This document shows, one piece after another, positions 25,226 to 34,274 of a stretch of 44,234 bases of DNA; position 1 is the first letter of the stretch, and every line of letters starts with the position of its first letter. The notes beneath the pieces were generated by a model. The model was not told the DNA's origin. It ran no database searches and worked only from the letters and a program-made list of their open reading frames with translations. A program made the translations under genes and the position numbers. The stretch lies in the IMG/VR virus record IMGVR_UViG_3300033067_000403, positions 1 to 44,234 of that record. One strand, 5' to 3'. This DNA comes from a virus (lineage: Duplodnaviria > Caudoviricetes).

Positions 25226-25648
25226 ATGATCTTGAAACCTGAATTTGCTAACATGGTTGACCGTATGGGTCTTGAAGATGGTGAACTAAGTTTAGCTGAG
25301 ATTGTATGGGAGAAAGCTGAACGAGCTATGCAAGGAAAACCTACGCAAGAAGCTTTGTTGCTAAAGAGCGTAAGCTATGCTCCAACCAACCCTTATGCTC
25401 TTACGCAAGATGAAATCCAATCGTTGACTACAGGACTTGCTGCAGTGCTTCGTAATGATGAACAAGTACTAACTAACTTGAAGCGAGACATTGACACTCT
25501 CTGGCGCTACTCTGACCCTGCCAATCCAGATTCATTCGTTGCATTTGAGCGCATGAACATTTTGCGTAATACACAACGCAGAGTCAAGAAAGATCATGCT
25601 AAACTTGCACGTATCCAACACAAACTGAAGAAACAAAAGAGCAAATGA
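25226..25648 (+). CDS. Hypothetical coiled-coil protein
   Basis: ATG 25226 behind AAAGGA. Confidence 0.75.
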   Translation: MILKPEFANMVDRMGLEDGELSLAEIVWEKAERAMQGKPTQEALLLKSVSYAPTNPYALTQDEIQSLTTGLAAVLRNDEQVLTNLKRDIDTLWRYSDPANPDSFVAFERMNILRNTQRRVKKDHAKLARIQHKLKKQKSK

Positions 25649-25989
25649 CCCGTAAACGTTATGAAATTGTTGCAACCTGCTTTGATCGTAAAGGTAAGGT
25701 GCTAGGTACTGGAGTGAATGACTACAACCGCAGTCATCCTCTTGCAAAGCACTTTGCAGTTAAAGCTGGTGAATCTGAACAAAAGGATAAACTGCATGCC
25801 GAACTTGCAGCTGTCCTTGCATCAGGTCGTAAGAATATTCATAGTATTCTTGTGCAACGGTTTCATAACGATGGTACAATGGCAGTAGCAGCACCGTGCC
25901 CTACTTGCCAAGCCATGCTTAAAGGTTTCGGTGTTAAACTTGTTCGATACACTCATCCAGAAGGAATAAAAGAATATGAAATTTTATAA
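25645..25989 (+). CDS. Small zinc-dependent deaminase (CDA superfamily)
   Basis: GVN, LHAE, APCPTC motifs. Confidence 0.8.
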   Translation: MTRKRYEIVATCFDRKGKVLGTGVNDYNRSHPLAKHFAVKAGESEQKDKLHAELAAVLASGRKNIHSILVQRFHNDGTMAVAAPCPTCQAMLKGFGVKLVRYTHPEGIKEYEIL

Positions 25990-26218
25990 TCCGTTTAAGG
26001 CTCACATTGTGCAGCTGACAAATAATAAATTTGCCATCAGAAAATACTTGATTATTTCAGGTAATTTTGCCTATTTGAGTCATAACCCACTTGACCGCCA
26101 TTGGAGATTGACAGAAAAACCAGTCTTTGATACTTTGAGTCAAGCCAAAGAACGTTTAAAAACGTACAAAACTTACAAAAAACCTGACGATTCAAAAGAA
26201 ACTTTCGTTTTTCAATAA
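25976..26218 (+). CDS. Hypothetical protein
   Basis: 80 aa ORF in operon. Confidence 0.7.
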   Translation: MKFYNPFKAHIVQLTNNKFAIRKYLIISGNFAYLSHNPLDRHWRLTEKPVFDTLSQAKERLKTYKTYKKPDDSKETFVFQ

Positions 26219-26222
26219 GCGC

Positions 26223-26681
26223 ATGGCTGATCAAAAACAACTAGATGAAACGTACATGGGTACTGCAATGCTTCACGCAAGGCTATCCAAGGCCATTAGA
26301 GCGCAGGTAGGGGCCGTTTTAGTTACTAGTCAAGGGGTTACACTCACCGGATACAATGGAACGCCTACAGGACGTTCTAACGATTGTGAGTATGAGGTTC
26401 ATGACATTGGTAGACCCTATCCTGACCTCGTAACAAAACCAGAAGTAATTCACGCTGAGTTAAACTGCATCTTAAAAGCTGCTCGTGAAGGCGTAAGTTG
26501 TATTGGTGCTACAATGTATGTTACACTATCACCTTGTGTACCTTGCGCTGCTATGATGATTCAAGCTGGTGTAAAGCGTCTGGTGTACAAAGATGTATAT
26601 CGTGATCAAGGTGGAATTAATCTACTGAGAGATGCTGCTATTGATGTAGAATTGTATGAAGCAACACAAATGGACACCTGA
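26223..26681 (+). CDS. dCMP deaminase
   Basis: QVGAV, GYNGTP, IHAELN, TLSPCVPC, QAGV..LVY. Confidence 0.9.
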   Translation: MADQKQLDETYMGTAMLHARLSKAIRAQVGAVLVTSQGVTLTGYNGTPTGRSNDCEYEVHDIGRPYPDLVTKPEVIHAELNCILKAAREGVSCIGATMYVTLSPCVPCAAMMIQAGVKRLVYKDVYRDQGGINLLRDAAIDVELYEATQMDT

Positions 26682-26692
26682 AAGGAACTAAT

Positions 26693-27001
26693 ATGGGTAA
26701 AATTCAACAAATCAATGCACTTGTACGAACTGAAGCTGAAGTTGCAATTAAGATCAACCCCAATATTGCATATTCTACTTTGATGAAAGAATTTAGTGAA
26801 TGTATTTTTAAAGTAGAAACATATAAAGAACTTTTTAAATTCATCGCTGCACAAATTGCTTGTGGTAACAATCGTTTCATCGAAGGTATTGGTAAAATCG
26901 AATACGATTATGGACAGCAATTCAAAGAAGATGTAGTTGTGTTGTATTCGATTAGCATTAGTCAGTCTGAAACTGATATTTTTGGTACAGAGTACGTCTA
27001 A
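26693..27001 (+). CDS. Hypothetical protein
   Basis: 102 aa, FIEGIG motif, RBS. Confidence 0.75.
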   Translation: MGKIQQINALVRTEAEVAIKINPNIAYSTLMKEFSECIFKVETYKELFKFIAAQIACGNNRFIEGIGKIEYDYGQQFKEDVVVLYSISISQSETDIFGTEYV

Positions 27002-27213
27002 TGCTTAGATGGTTTGGTACTGCATTCTATATGATCAGCATGATCTTAACAACTTTAAACATATTCCCTCTAAATCTTGTATTTGGTTTCATTGGTGGAT
27101 TTTTATGGTGTTTAGTCGGCTGGATCAGTTACAATGATAAAGCACTTGTGATTGTAGAGGCAGCTTCGGCGGCTATCTATTTATTTGGTCTACTTCATTG
27201 GTGGTTCAAATAA
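27001..27213 (+). CDS. Small three-TM membrane protein
   Basis: Hydrophobic, W.GT...NIFPLN...W..VG...DKAL. Confidence 0.75.
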   Translation: MLRWFGTAFYMISMILTTLNIFPLNLVFGFIGGFLWCLVGWISYNDKALVIVEAASAAIYLFGLLHWWFK

Positions 27214-27341
27214 TTTCGACTCTCGCCTTTCTACGGGAACATCCACCTGTTTAAAAAGCTGTAATGCCATCGAAACTTGTTGAGAGTCTTAAATAAAGAG
27301 ACAGGGACGAATTACAGAACGGACACTTGAAAGGAAATAAA

Positions 27342-27866
27342 ATGAAAGGAAATGATGTGACTAAAATTATTGCTGAACTTGAGAAGAAACTTGTAGATAA
27401 ACGCAAAGAGTACGAGAAAGTTACAAAACTTGCTGAACTACTACCAATGTTTAAAGATCGTATTATCAGCAATGAAATCACTGGTGATCGTTTTGAAGAG
27501 TTAGCTTCGCATTACAAAGGTGTATACTTCGCATGGGGTATTAATTTACGTGTAAGTGAACCAACTAACTACGAAGGTGAATATAAAGATCAAGTTACAG
27601 TTGAGGTATACTGTAACTGCATCAGTATGTTCGGTGAAGACTTGTACAATTATGCCAATAGGACACTGCATGAAGCAATGCGGAATGTACCTATGTTTCA
27701 TAATGATGCTATGAACAGTACATTTTATTTTGAACCACATCAAGTTGAACTTGGTCTAGACACCATTGTTGCATGGTACAATGAAGTCAAAGCTAAGGGT
27801 GATATCATCTTGAAGCAAAAGCGCAAAGAAGAACTTGAGCGTCAGCTTAAAGAATTGGAAGAGTAA
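27342..27866 (+). CDS. Hypothetical protein
   Basis: ~174 aa with terminal coiled coils, RBS. Confidence 0.75.
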   Translation: MKGNDVTKIIAELEKKLVDKRKEYEKVTKLAELLPMFKDRIISNEITGDRFEELASHYKGVYFAWGINLRVSEPTNYEGEYKDQVTVEVYCNCISMFGEDLYNYANRTLHEAMRNVPMFHNDAMNSTFYFEPHQVELGLDTIVAWYNEVKAKGDIILKQKRKEELERQLKELEE

Positions 27867-28036
27867 TGAAACAAATTGTGTATAAAGGTTTGGTCCTCAT
27901 GAAAGGTTCCGCTGCTCTTGAGCTATGGGAGGCATGGCAAAAAGAAACCAAAGATCGTCCAGCTGCTCAAAAGAAACTAGACTTGCATATGAAAGACATT
28001 TTCACTCGTCATAAAGAACTATTGGAGAAATACTGA
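27866..28036 (+). CDS. Small hypothetical protein (56 aa)
   Basis: MKQIVYKGLVLMKGS...; TAATG and TGATG coupling. Confidence 0.65.
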   Translation: MKQIVYKGLVLMKGSAALELWEAWQKETKDRPAAQKKLDLHMKDIFTRHKELLEKY

Positions 28037-28233
28037 TGCAAAATAATATTCCAGCATTTCCAACTACAAGTAGGAATGGTAACTTCGGTGAAGGTATGAC
28101 CCTTCGTGATCATTTCGCAGGTTTAGCTATGCAAGCTTGTATAGCACGAGGGGATGATTCAAATCGCTTAGGTATTGCTGAATGGGCGTATCGTATGGCA
28201 GATGCAATGTTAACTGAAAGGCTTATGAAATGA
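28036..28233 (+). CDS. Conserved small phage protein
   Basis: PAFP...GMTLRDHFAGLAMQ...AY.MADAML motif. Confidence 0.85.
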   Translation: MQNNIPAFPTTSRNGNFGEGMTLRDHFAGLAMQACIARGDDSNRLGIAEWAYRMADAMLTERLMK

Positions 28234-28646
28234 AACCAACTCTCTACCTAATCCGTGGTGTACCCGGCTCTGGTAAATCAACGTTTGCTGAAACTATGAA
28301 CATGCAAGCAATGACGCTGATCAATCTTGAAGCTGACGATTATTTCAAGACTTATAATAAAGAGACAAACTCTTTCGATTATAATTTTGATCCAACTAAG
28401 CTACAAGCTGCTCATAAATATTGTCAGACTGTAGCTAAAGTCTTCCTAAAAGATGGCTTTAATGTGTCAGTGTCGAATACCAGCGTAACCGATTGGGAAG
28501 TACAGACGTACAAAGATATTGCTGATGAATGCGGAGCTAAGTTTGTAAGTTTAATCGTAGAGAATTACCACGATGGTAAGAACGTACACGGTTGCCCTGA
28601 TGAAAAAGTCGAACAAATGAAACGTAAGTTTAGTATTAAATTGTGA
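28230..28646 (+). CDS. P-loop kinase (AAA_33, polynucleotide kinase-like)
   Basis: LIRGVPGSGKST, EADDYF, VSNT, NVHG.P. Confidence 0.85.
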   Translation: MKPTLYLIRGVPGSGKSTFAETMNMQAMTLINLEADDYFKTYNKETNSFDYNFDPTKLQAAHKYCQTVAKVFLKDGFNVSVSNTSVTDWEVQTYKDIADECGAKFVSLIVENYHDGKNVHGCPDEKVEQMKRKFSIKL

Positions 28647-28655
28647 AGGAGTACT

Positions 28656-28838
28656 ATGACAACAGTAGGACAATTAATTGACGAACTATCTTCGTTCAAT
28701 AAGGATTTGAAAGTTACAATTACTGATGGATATAGTTGTAAACTCTATGACGGTAAATATAGTATAGAACTTTTTAGAGAAGACAATGGTGAGTATGTTG
28801 TTGATGTTGGTATCGGTGGAACTGAACAAACGGAATAA
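28656..28838 (+). CDS. Hypothetical protein
   Basis: 60 aa, AAGGAG RBS. Confidence 0.7.
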   Translation: MTTVGQLIDELSSFNKDLKVTITDGYSCKLYDGKYSIELFREDNGEYVVDVGIGGTEQTE

Positions 28839-28847
28839 AGGAATAAA

Positions 28848-29141
28848 ATGCTTGAATTACTTATTTACAAGGCTGGCGTGATTATTATGATGATAGCGTT
28901 TGCTATTCGAACACAGAATGCTGATATTGGTCCTGCAATTATTCTTTCTATAGTTTGGCCCTTATCTATTTTATTGATGTTGATCATCAAGTGTTTTTGG
29001 GCTGTTGGATGGGATTTTGATATTGTAGGTGGAGATAAATGGTTTGGTTATCGGAAACCATCTAACCCTAGAGTTATCGGCTTTGCTGTTACTGTGTTAA
29101 AATTAGAATTTCAATTCTGGAATAAAAAATTAAAGGACTGA
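28848..29141 (+). CDS. Membrane protein
   Basis: Two hydrophobic segments. Confidence 0.7.
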   Translation: MLELLIYKAGVIIMMIAFAIRTQNADIGPAIILSIVWPLSILLMLIIKCFWAVGWDFDIVGGDKWFGYRKPSNPRVIGFAVTVLKLEFQFWNKKLKD

Positions 29142-29142
29142 C

Positions 29143-30024
29143 ATGATGCTGACTTACGAACAACAAATGAATCTAGTTAACCGTGGTCTTGCTACGCTTA
29201 AAAACGATGGTAAGTACACTACGTTTAAATACGCTCGTAAGGCAATGTACGACTACCTCTGGTATAAAGTACCTGAGTTGACGAACTGCCGTGGGCACGT
29301 ATATTGCAATACTACTCATGAACTCGTGCAAGCTGCTCCAAAGAAGAGTTTCAATTATCTTGAAAAAGATTACTGGAAAAATATACCTTTGAACACGCCA
29401 GTTGAAATGTACAAGAAAATCAATGGCTTTATGGCCTGTGTTACTCTGCATAATAATGAAATTGTTGTATCCACTACTGGTACAACTACAAGTGAATATG
29501 CAAAATGGGCTAAAGAGTTAATTCTTCAAGATTGGTCTATCTACGATATGGTTATTTATCCTGATGTTACTACTCTATTTGAAGTGGTTGTACCTCAAGA
29601 CCCTCATATTGTTAAAGAACGTGAAGGTTTACATCTACTCGGTGTACGTGAGAAAGATAGCGGTAAGTTTCACCCAATGGGTAAAGTTACTCGTTGTTCC
29701 CTAGAACAAGCACTAGAGATTGCAAAGCATGATCGTGGTGAAGGTTTCATGATGTACCCAATGTACTCTGATAGTCGAGCCTACGATTACGACAACTGTT
29801 GTAAAATCAAGAGTGATTACTACGTAGGTAAGAAGAAGTTGATGCGTATGACAGCAAAATTTGTTGAAGTAATGTACAATAATCCTACTGCTATTGCTAT
29901 GCAATTGCCAGAAATGTGGTATGATGCACCTGAGTACATTGTACGAAAGATCACTAAAGATGCTTGGTTAGCCTCTTCTGATCAAGAACGCAGATTAATT
30001 CTTGAAGATTTAAAAGGAGTTTAA
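29143..30024 (+). CDS. RNA ligase, T4 Rnl1-like
   Basis: CRG, KKSFNY.E, KINGF (motif I), STTG, LFE...DPHIV, EGF, KIKS.YY. Confidence 0.8.
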   Translation: MMLTYEQQMNLVNRGLATLKNDGKYTTFKYARKAMYDYLWYKVPELTNCRGHVYCNTTHELVQAAPKKSFNYLEKDYWKNIPLNTPVEMYKKINGFMACVTLHNNEIVVSTTGTTTSEYAKWAKELILQDWSIYDMVIYPDVTTLFEVVVPQDPHIVKEREGLHLLGVREKDSGKFHPMGKVTRCSLEQALEIAKHDRGEGFMMYPMYSDSRAYDYDNCCKIKSDYYVGKKKLMRMTAKFVEVMYNNPTAIAMQLPEMWYDAPEYIVRKITKDAWLASSDQERRLILEDLKGV

Positions 30025-30025
30025 T

Positions 30026-30121
30026 ATGAAAGTCTTTTGGATGACATGCACTGAATGTGCTTTAACACAACTGATGCAACCATGTGAAGCTTGCCCTAAT
30101 CGGCATGCACAAGGTTTATAA
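30026..30121 (+). CDS. Tiny Cys-rich peptide (31 aa)
   Basis: MKVFWMTCTEC...PCEAC; AAGGAG RBS. Confidence 0.55.
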   Translation: MKVFWMTCTECALTQLMQPCEACPNRHAQGL

Positions 30122-30309
30122 TGCAAGGCCATAATTTCAATCGTAACCTGCATGCTAAAGGCATGTTTGTTTACTGCGGTCGTTGTGGCCTTGTTCGTCT
30201 GAATAATCGTGCAACTGAAAAGCAAGTAAACAAACCTTGCATTGGATTACGAGAACTAGAAGACGAAGAGTATTTAAAACTAAAAGGACAATTGAGAGGT
30301 AAACGATGA
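30121..30309 (+). CDS. Small Zn-finger-like protein
   Basis: GHNF...YCGRCGL...N..T...PC. Confidence 0.7.
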   Translation: MQGHNFNRNLHAKGMFVYCGRCGLVRLNNRATEKQVNKPCIGLRELEDEEYLKLKGQLRGKR

Positions 30310-30872
30310 AAATCTTCACAAGCGACCTACACCATGAACACCGAAGGATTGTAGAGTTCACAAACCGTGGAAAAGATACAACAACAGAATTGCATACGGA
30401 TTGGTTAGTCAAAGTATGGAATCAGAATGTAACTTCAGCCGATGTAGTTTACCATCTAGGTGATTTTTCATTTGCTAAAGATTACAACCGTATTTCAACT
30501 TTTGTATCCCAATTGAATGGCACTAAGATTTTTATCAAAGGTAATCATGATAAACGGGAACACCTTAACCAACTTGTAAAAGATGGTTTGATTGCTGCAT
30601 GGTATGATTACAAAGAGATTAAGCTGCAGGATATTCCTACAGTGCTATTTCACTTTCCTATCTCAAGCTGGCATCGTCAAGGCTATGGTGCATTGCATCT
30701 ACATGGACATTGTCATGGAAATCATGCAGATAGTAAGGGTAAAATGCTTGACGTAGGCTTAGACTCAGCGTACAATATCTATGGAAGACATCGTTTCTTT
30801 ACTGAAGAGGATGTTCTAACACTGATGCAACAAAAAGAGATTCATATCTCTGATCACCATAAGGAATATTAA
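30306..30872 (+). CDS. Calcineurin-like metallophosphoesterase
   Basis: SDLH, HLGD, GNHD, HFP, HGHCH, DVGLD. Confidence 0.92.
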   Translation: MKIFTSDLHHEHRRIVEFTNRGKDTTTELHTDWLVKVWNQNVTSADVVYHLGDFSFAKDYNRISTFVSQLNGTKIFIKGNHDKREHLNQLVKDGLIAAWYDYKEIKLQDIPTVLFHFPISSWHRQGYGALHLHGHCHGNHADSKGKMLDVGLDSAYNIYGRHRFFTEEDVLTLMQQKEIHISDHHKEY

Positions 30873-31690
30873 TGAAACACATTGTTTGTTATTCGGGGGG
30901 GCATTCTTCTGCTCTAGTCGCTATCGAAGTGACCCGTAGATTTGGTAAAGAAAATGTAATTCTGTTGAACCATGACATTTCATCTTGGGTTGAGAATTCA
31001 GACATTAAACGTTTTAAACAAGAAGTAGCTGACTATCTGGGTCTGGAAATTACCTACGCTAATATTCAGAATTTACCTTTGGCTGAAATTCCAGATCAAT
31101 TCGATGTTGTTGTATCTGCGGCAGCTTTTAAGGTAGGCTCTGGTACAGAATTATGCACAAGTCGGTTAAAAACTGAACCATTTGGTAAATACCTAGCAAA
31201 TAATTTTGCAGATAAAAACTGTATTATTTACTATGGCTTTGATGCAAATGAAACTGCACGTATTCAACGTAGAAGCGGTATCCTCGGTGCACAAGGCTTT
31301 AAAACAGACTATCCGCTGGCACTGTGGACTGAACGAACTATCCAAAGTACTAATGAAATAGGTATCTTGCCCCCAAATACATATGAGAATTTTAAACATG
31401 CTAATTGTGTTGGTTGTCTAAAAGCAGGTAAACAACATTGGTATATTGTGTACTGCACTCGTTCAGATGTGTGGGAGAAAGCTAAATGGGCTGAAGATGA
31501 AATTGGTTACACAATTATTAAAGGGACTACTCTTGAAGAGTTGGAACCACTGTTTGAATCAATGAAACAAGCTAAGATTGTACCGACAGAGCATATTAAA
31601 CACCAGACGTTCTGGAAGTTAGCAAAACAGAAGATTAAAATTAATGTTGAAACCGATAGTGACAACAAACCATGTGAATGCGTATTTTAA
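30872..31690 (+). CDS. PAPS reductase family (PP-loop) protein
   Basis: CYSGGHSS, C..RLK, YGFD..E..R, YPL, HANCVGCLKAG, C-terminal CEC. Confidence 0.75.
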   Translation: MKHIVCYSGGHSSALVAIEVTRRFGKENVILLNHDISSWVENSDIKRFKQEVADYLGLEITYANIQNLPLAEIPDQFDVVVSAAAFKVGSGTELCTSRLKTEPFGKYLANNFADKNCIIYYGFDANETARIQRRSGILGAQGFKTDYPLALWTERTIQSTNEIGILPPNTYENFKHANCVGCLKAGKQHWYIVYCTRSDVWEKAKWAEDEIGYTIIKGTTLEELEPLFESMKQAKIVPTEHIKHQTFWKLAKQKIKINVETDSDNKPCECVF

Positions 31691-31702
31691 TAAAGGAAAA
31701 AT

Positions 31703-32596
31703 ATGATTGAAGTAAAAATTATTGCAGATAGTTACAATCTTGAAATGAGATCGAGATTGACTACATTTGAGTTGGTCTATCCTCGTTTCATTCATAGTGA
31801 ACTAATGACGCATCGTATGTTTAGCCGCAATGCAGCCAGTTCTCGTGCTATTCCAATCGACAAGGTTATTGAGCTATTGCAGACGAATCCAGCTATGCCT
31901 GTGCATTGGGGTAAGAATCAGGCTGGTATGCAAGCTAATATTGAGATTGAGAATAAAGAGGGTGCTAAACTGCTGTGGTTAGCTGCACGAGACAGCGCCA
32001 TTAACCACGCTATTGTCATGCGAGATATGGGACTGCATAAACAGATCGTTAACCGTGTCCTAGAGCCTTACCAGTTGATTAAAACGATTGTTACAGCCAC
32101 TGAGTTCAATAACTGGTTCTGGCTGCGTGATCATGCTGATGCACAACCTGAGATTAAAGAACTGGCTCAGAAAATGCACGATGCATATATGGCAAGTTCA
32201 CCTCAAGGATTATATGAAGGTGAATGGCATGTTCCGTATGTAACAACTATCCGAAACAGAAGTTTTGATCTCCCGTTTGTCTATCTGGATGAAAACAATA
32301 ACTACATTACTGCAGAAGAAGCACGTATGATTAGTGCAAGTTGCTGCGCTCAGGTAAGCTACCGTAAGAATGATGGTAGCCTAGAGAAAGCATCTGTTGT
32401 GTTTGATCGACTGATTAATTCAGTACCTGTACATGCTAGTCCTGTCGAACATATCGCTACACCAATCGTAGATAGTGATGAATTCAAAATTGAAGGTATC
32501 ACTCACCTAGATAAGAATGGGCAGCTATGGTCCGGTAATCTACGTGGTTGGGTTCAATTCCGACAACTGATTCCCAATAATGTAAAGGAAGGTTAA
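31703..32596 (+). CDS. thyX: Flavin-dependent thymidylate synthase
   Basis: YPRFIHSELMTHRMFSRNAASSRAIP, HKQIVNR.LEP, LR.H.DAQPEI. Confidence 0.9.
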   Translation: MIEVKIIADSYNLEMRSRLTTFELVYPRFIHSELMTHRMFSRNAASSRAIPIDKVIELLQTNPAMPVHWGKNQAGMQANIEIENKEGAKLLWLAARDSAINHAIVMRDMGLHKQIVNRVLEPYQLIKTIVTATEFNNWFWLRDHADAQPEIKELAQKMHDAYMASSPQGLYEGEWHVPYVTTIRNRSFDLPFVYLDENNNYITAEEARMISASCCAQVSYRKNDGSLEKASVVFDRLINSVPVHASPVEHIATPIVDSDEFKIEGITHLDKNGQLWSGNLRGWVQFRQLIPNNVKEG

Positions 32597-32943
32597 TGGA
32601 AACTGCAATCAAAAGAACCAGTCATAAACAACTGATCAAATTGATTGCAGAATCCTCTAGGTATCATCAATATGAAGTAGAGGATATCCTGAATCATATG
32701 ATCGGTCATGTACAGGTCATCTTAGGCCGTGGTGAGACTGTGAAGATTGATGGTATAGGTACATTGAAGCCTACTAAATATTTGTTGAGTACACAAGACG
32801 GTTTTTCTGGTAATCCAACAAAAATGCTGTACAATGCAGTCAAGATCACCGTAAAGATCGATCCTGAAATGAAACGTAACTTAGAAGGAATCCGACATGC
32901 AACAACAGACACCTCCAAAATGGCCCTTTCCAACGATGAATAA
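32596..32943 (+). CDS. HU/IHF-like DNA-binding protein
   Basis: LIKLIAE...L..GETVKIDGIGTL...NP. Confidence 0.7.
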   Translation: METAIKRTSHKQLIKLIAESSRYHQYEVEDILNHMIGHVQVILGRGETVKIDGIGTLKPTKYLLSTQDGFSGNPTKMLYNAVKITVKIDPEMKRNLEGIRHATTDTSKMALSNDE

Positions 32944-33037
32944 CCAACGCACACCTGAGAGCCAACAGTTGCTAGATCAAAAAGTGCATACCAATACAAA
33001 ACCTGATGTATCTGATGTACCGGAGGCTTTATTTTGA
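32897..33037 (+). CDS. Small hypothetical protein (46 aa)
   Basis: MQQQTPPKWPFPT...PEALF; AAGGA RBS. Confidence 0.55.
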   Translation: MQQQTPPKWPFPTMNNQRTPESQQLLDQKVHTNTKPDVSDVPEALF

Positions 33038-33210
33038 AGAAACAGAAAAAAGAGAAACAAGAGAAACAAGTAGAAGTTTTTGATGCAAAGTCAATCTTTT
33101 CAGAAGGCAGTTGCGAATTTGTATCTCTTCAAGATGAACGAGAAGTCATAGCAGATTTGCGATACTGGCAAGAAAAAGAGTTTAATTTTAACTACAATGA
33201 AAGGGAGTAA
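33034..33210 (+). CDS. Small hypothetical protein (58 aa, TTG start)
   Basis: GGAGG RBS, coupled stops and starts. Confidence 0.5.
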   Translation: MKKQKKEKQEKQVEVFDAKSIFSEGSCEFVSLQDEREVIADLRYWQEKEFNFNYNERE

Positions 33211-33377
33211 TGACACTTGAAGATTTCGAAATAGCAATTCAGCAATTATTTGCTAAAGCTAACGAAGAAGAGCTACCAATCGACTATATCTATGATATAC
33301 TACACCGCCAAGCTTTGATTGCAGAGACAATCTTAAAAGTTGGTATTGAAATGGCTTACAAAGAAAGGTTTAAATAA
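33210..33377 (+). CDS. Small hypothetical protein (55 aa)
   Basis: MTLEDFEIAIQQ...; TAATG coupling. Confidence 0.6.
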   Translation: MTLEDFEIAIQQLFAKANEEELPIDYIYDILHRQALIAETILKVGIEMAYKERFK

Positions 33378-33505
33378 TGCGTTATACTGTCAAATGGAAC
33401 AATGGATACTGGAAAGTTTTCGACACTGTACAATACACTGATGTGCAGCTGTGCAGTCTGCTAACGGAAGCTAACGCTGTTGCGTTGCGTCTAAACAACC
33501 GCTAA
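33377..33505 (+). CDS. Small hypothetical protein (42 aa)
   Basis: MRYTVKWNNGYWKVFDT...; TAATG coupling. Confidence 0.6.
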   Translation: MRYTVKWNNGYWKVFDTVQYTDVQLCSLLTEANAVALRLNNR

Positions 33506-33511
33506 TCCCTT

Positions 33512-33549
33512 CGGCTGATACCTTCGGGTATTGGCCGCTTTTTTCTTTT
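33512..33549 (+). terminator. Rho-independent terminator
   Basis: CGGCTGATACC-TTCG-GGTATTGGCCG followed by a T-tract. Confidence 0.85.
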
Positions 33550-33560
33550 AAGGAGCCACT

Positions 33561-33746
33561 ATGCAAAAAGATTTTGATATTATTCAACTAGAAGACTTGG
33601 AAACAGTCATTGTACGTAACAAAGTTCATAAAACATTGTTCGATGTAGTAGAGATTGATTCAGATGGAGACATTGTTAACTACATCACTCGTGGTGCAAC
33701 TTTCGAGCAAGCTCAAGATATTTTAGAAAAACTTGGCGAACTCTGA
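33561..33746 (+). CDS. Hypothetical protein
   Basis: 61 aa, AAGGAG RBS. Confidence 0.7.
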   Translation: MQKDFDIIQLEDLETVIVRNKVHKTLFDVVEIDSDGDIVNYITRGATFEQAQDILEKLGEL

Positions 33747-33761
33747 AAAAGCTGCTATAAT
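33733..33761 (+). promoter_or_regulatory. Sigma70-like promoter
   Basis: TTGGCG-17-TATAAT with TG extension. Confidence 0.65.
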
Positions 33762-33793
33762 TCAGTCATCCCAACAACTTACCAAGGAAAATC

Positions 33794-33937
33794 ATGCAAA
33801 GTTCTTACATCCAAAACACCAAAGGCAAGAAAAAACGCTTTGATGACGGTGGATATGAAGAGACTCCAGTTCGTAGTGACAAGAAGAAGAAGAAAGACTT
33901 CTCACAACAACGCAAAACTAAGCGAGGTGAAGAATGA
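33794..33937 (+). CDS. Small basic protein (47 aa)
   Basis: MQSSYIQNTKGKKKRF...; AAGGA RBS. Confidence 0.6.
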   Translation: MQSSYIQNTKGKKKRFDDGGYEETPVRSDKKKKKDFSQQRKTKRGEE

Positions 33938-34101
33938 CTCGTAAATTCTCTGAAGTATTGGGAGAATATCTGGAAGAGCGTGAGCGCCAGAACGGTGATT
34001 ATTACACTGATCGTTTCTTTGGTGATAGGCTTCAGGGACGGCACAATCTGGAAGATTTGGCACAAGAATTGGATAAAATGATCGAAGGAGTTGAAGAATG
34101 A
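33934..34101 (+). CDS. Small hypothetical protein (55 aa)
   Basis: MTRKFSEVLGEYLEER...; ATGA overlaps. Confidence 0.6.
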   Translation: MTRKFSEVLGEYLEERERQNGDYYTDRFFGDRLQGRHNLEDLAQELDKMIEGVEE

Positions 34102-34274
34102 ACGCAATAATTAAAGAGATTGCCGAACAATCTTATGTGGACGCAGACACAGGCGATGGTGTTTACCAGAAATTCAGTATGCAAAAGTTCGCCGAATTGC
34201 TTATTCGGGAATGTGCTAGTTTAGCTTACGATGGCCCTAACGGAATCTTAGAACATTTTGGAGTTGAAAAATGA
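34098..34274 (+). CDS. MNERIKE/KFAELI family protein, copy 1
   Basis: MNAIIKEIAEQ...KFAELLIREC...EHFGVEK. Confidence 0.7.
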   Translation: MNAIIKEIAEQSYVDADTGDGVYQKFSMQKFAELLIRECASLAYDGPNGILEHFGVEK

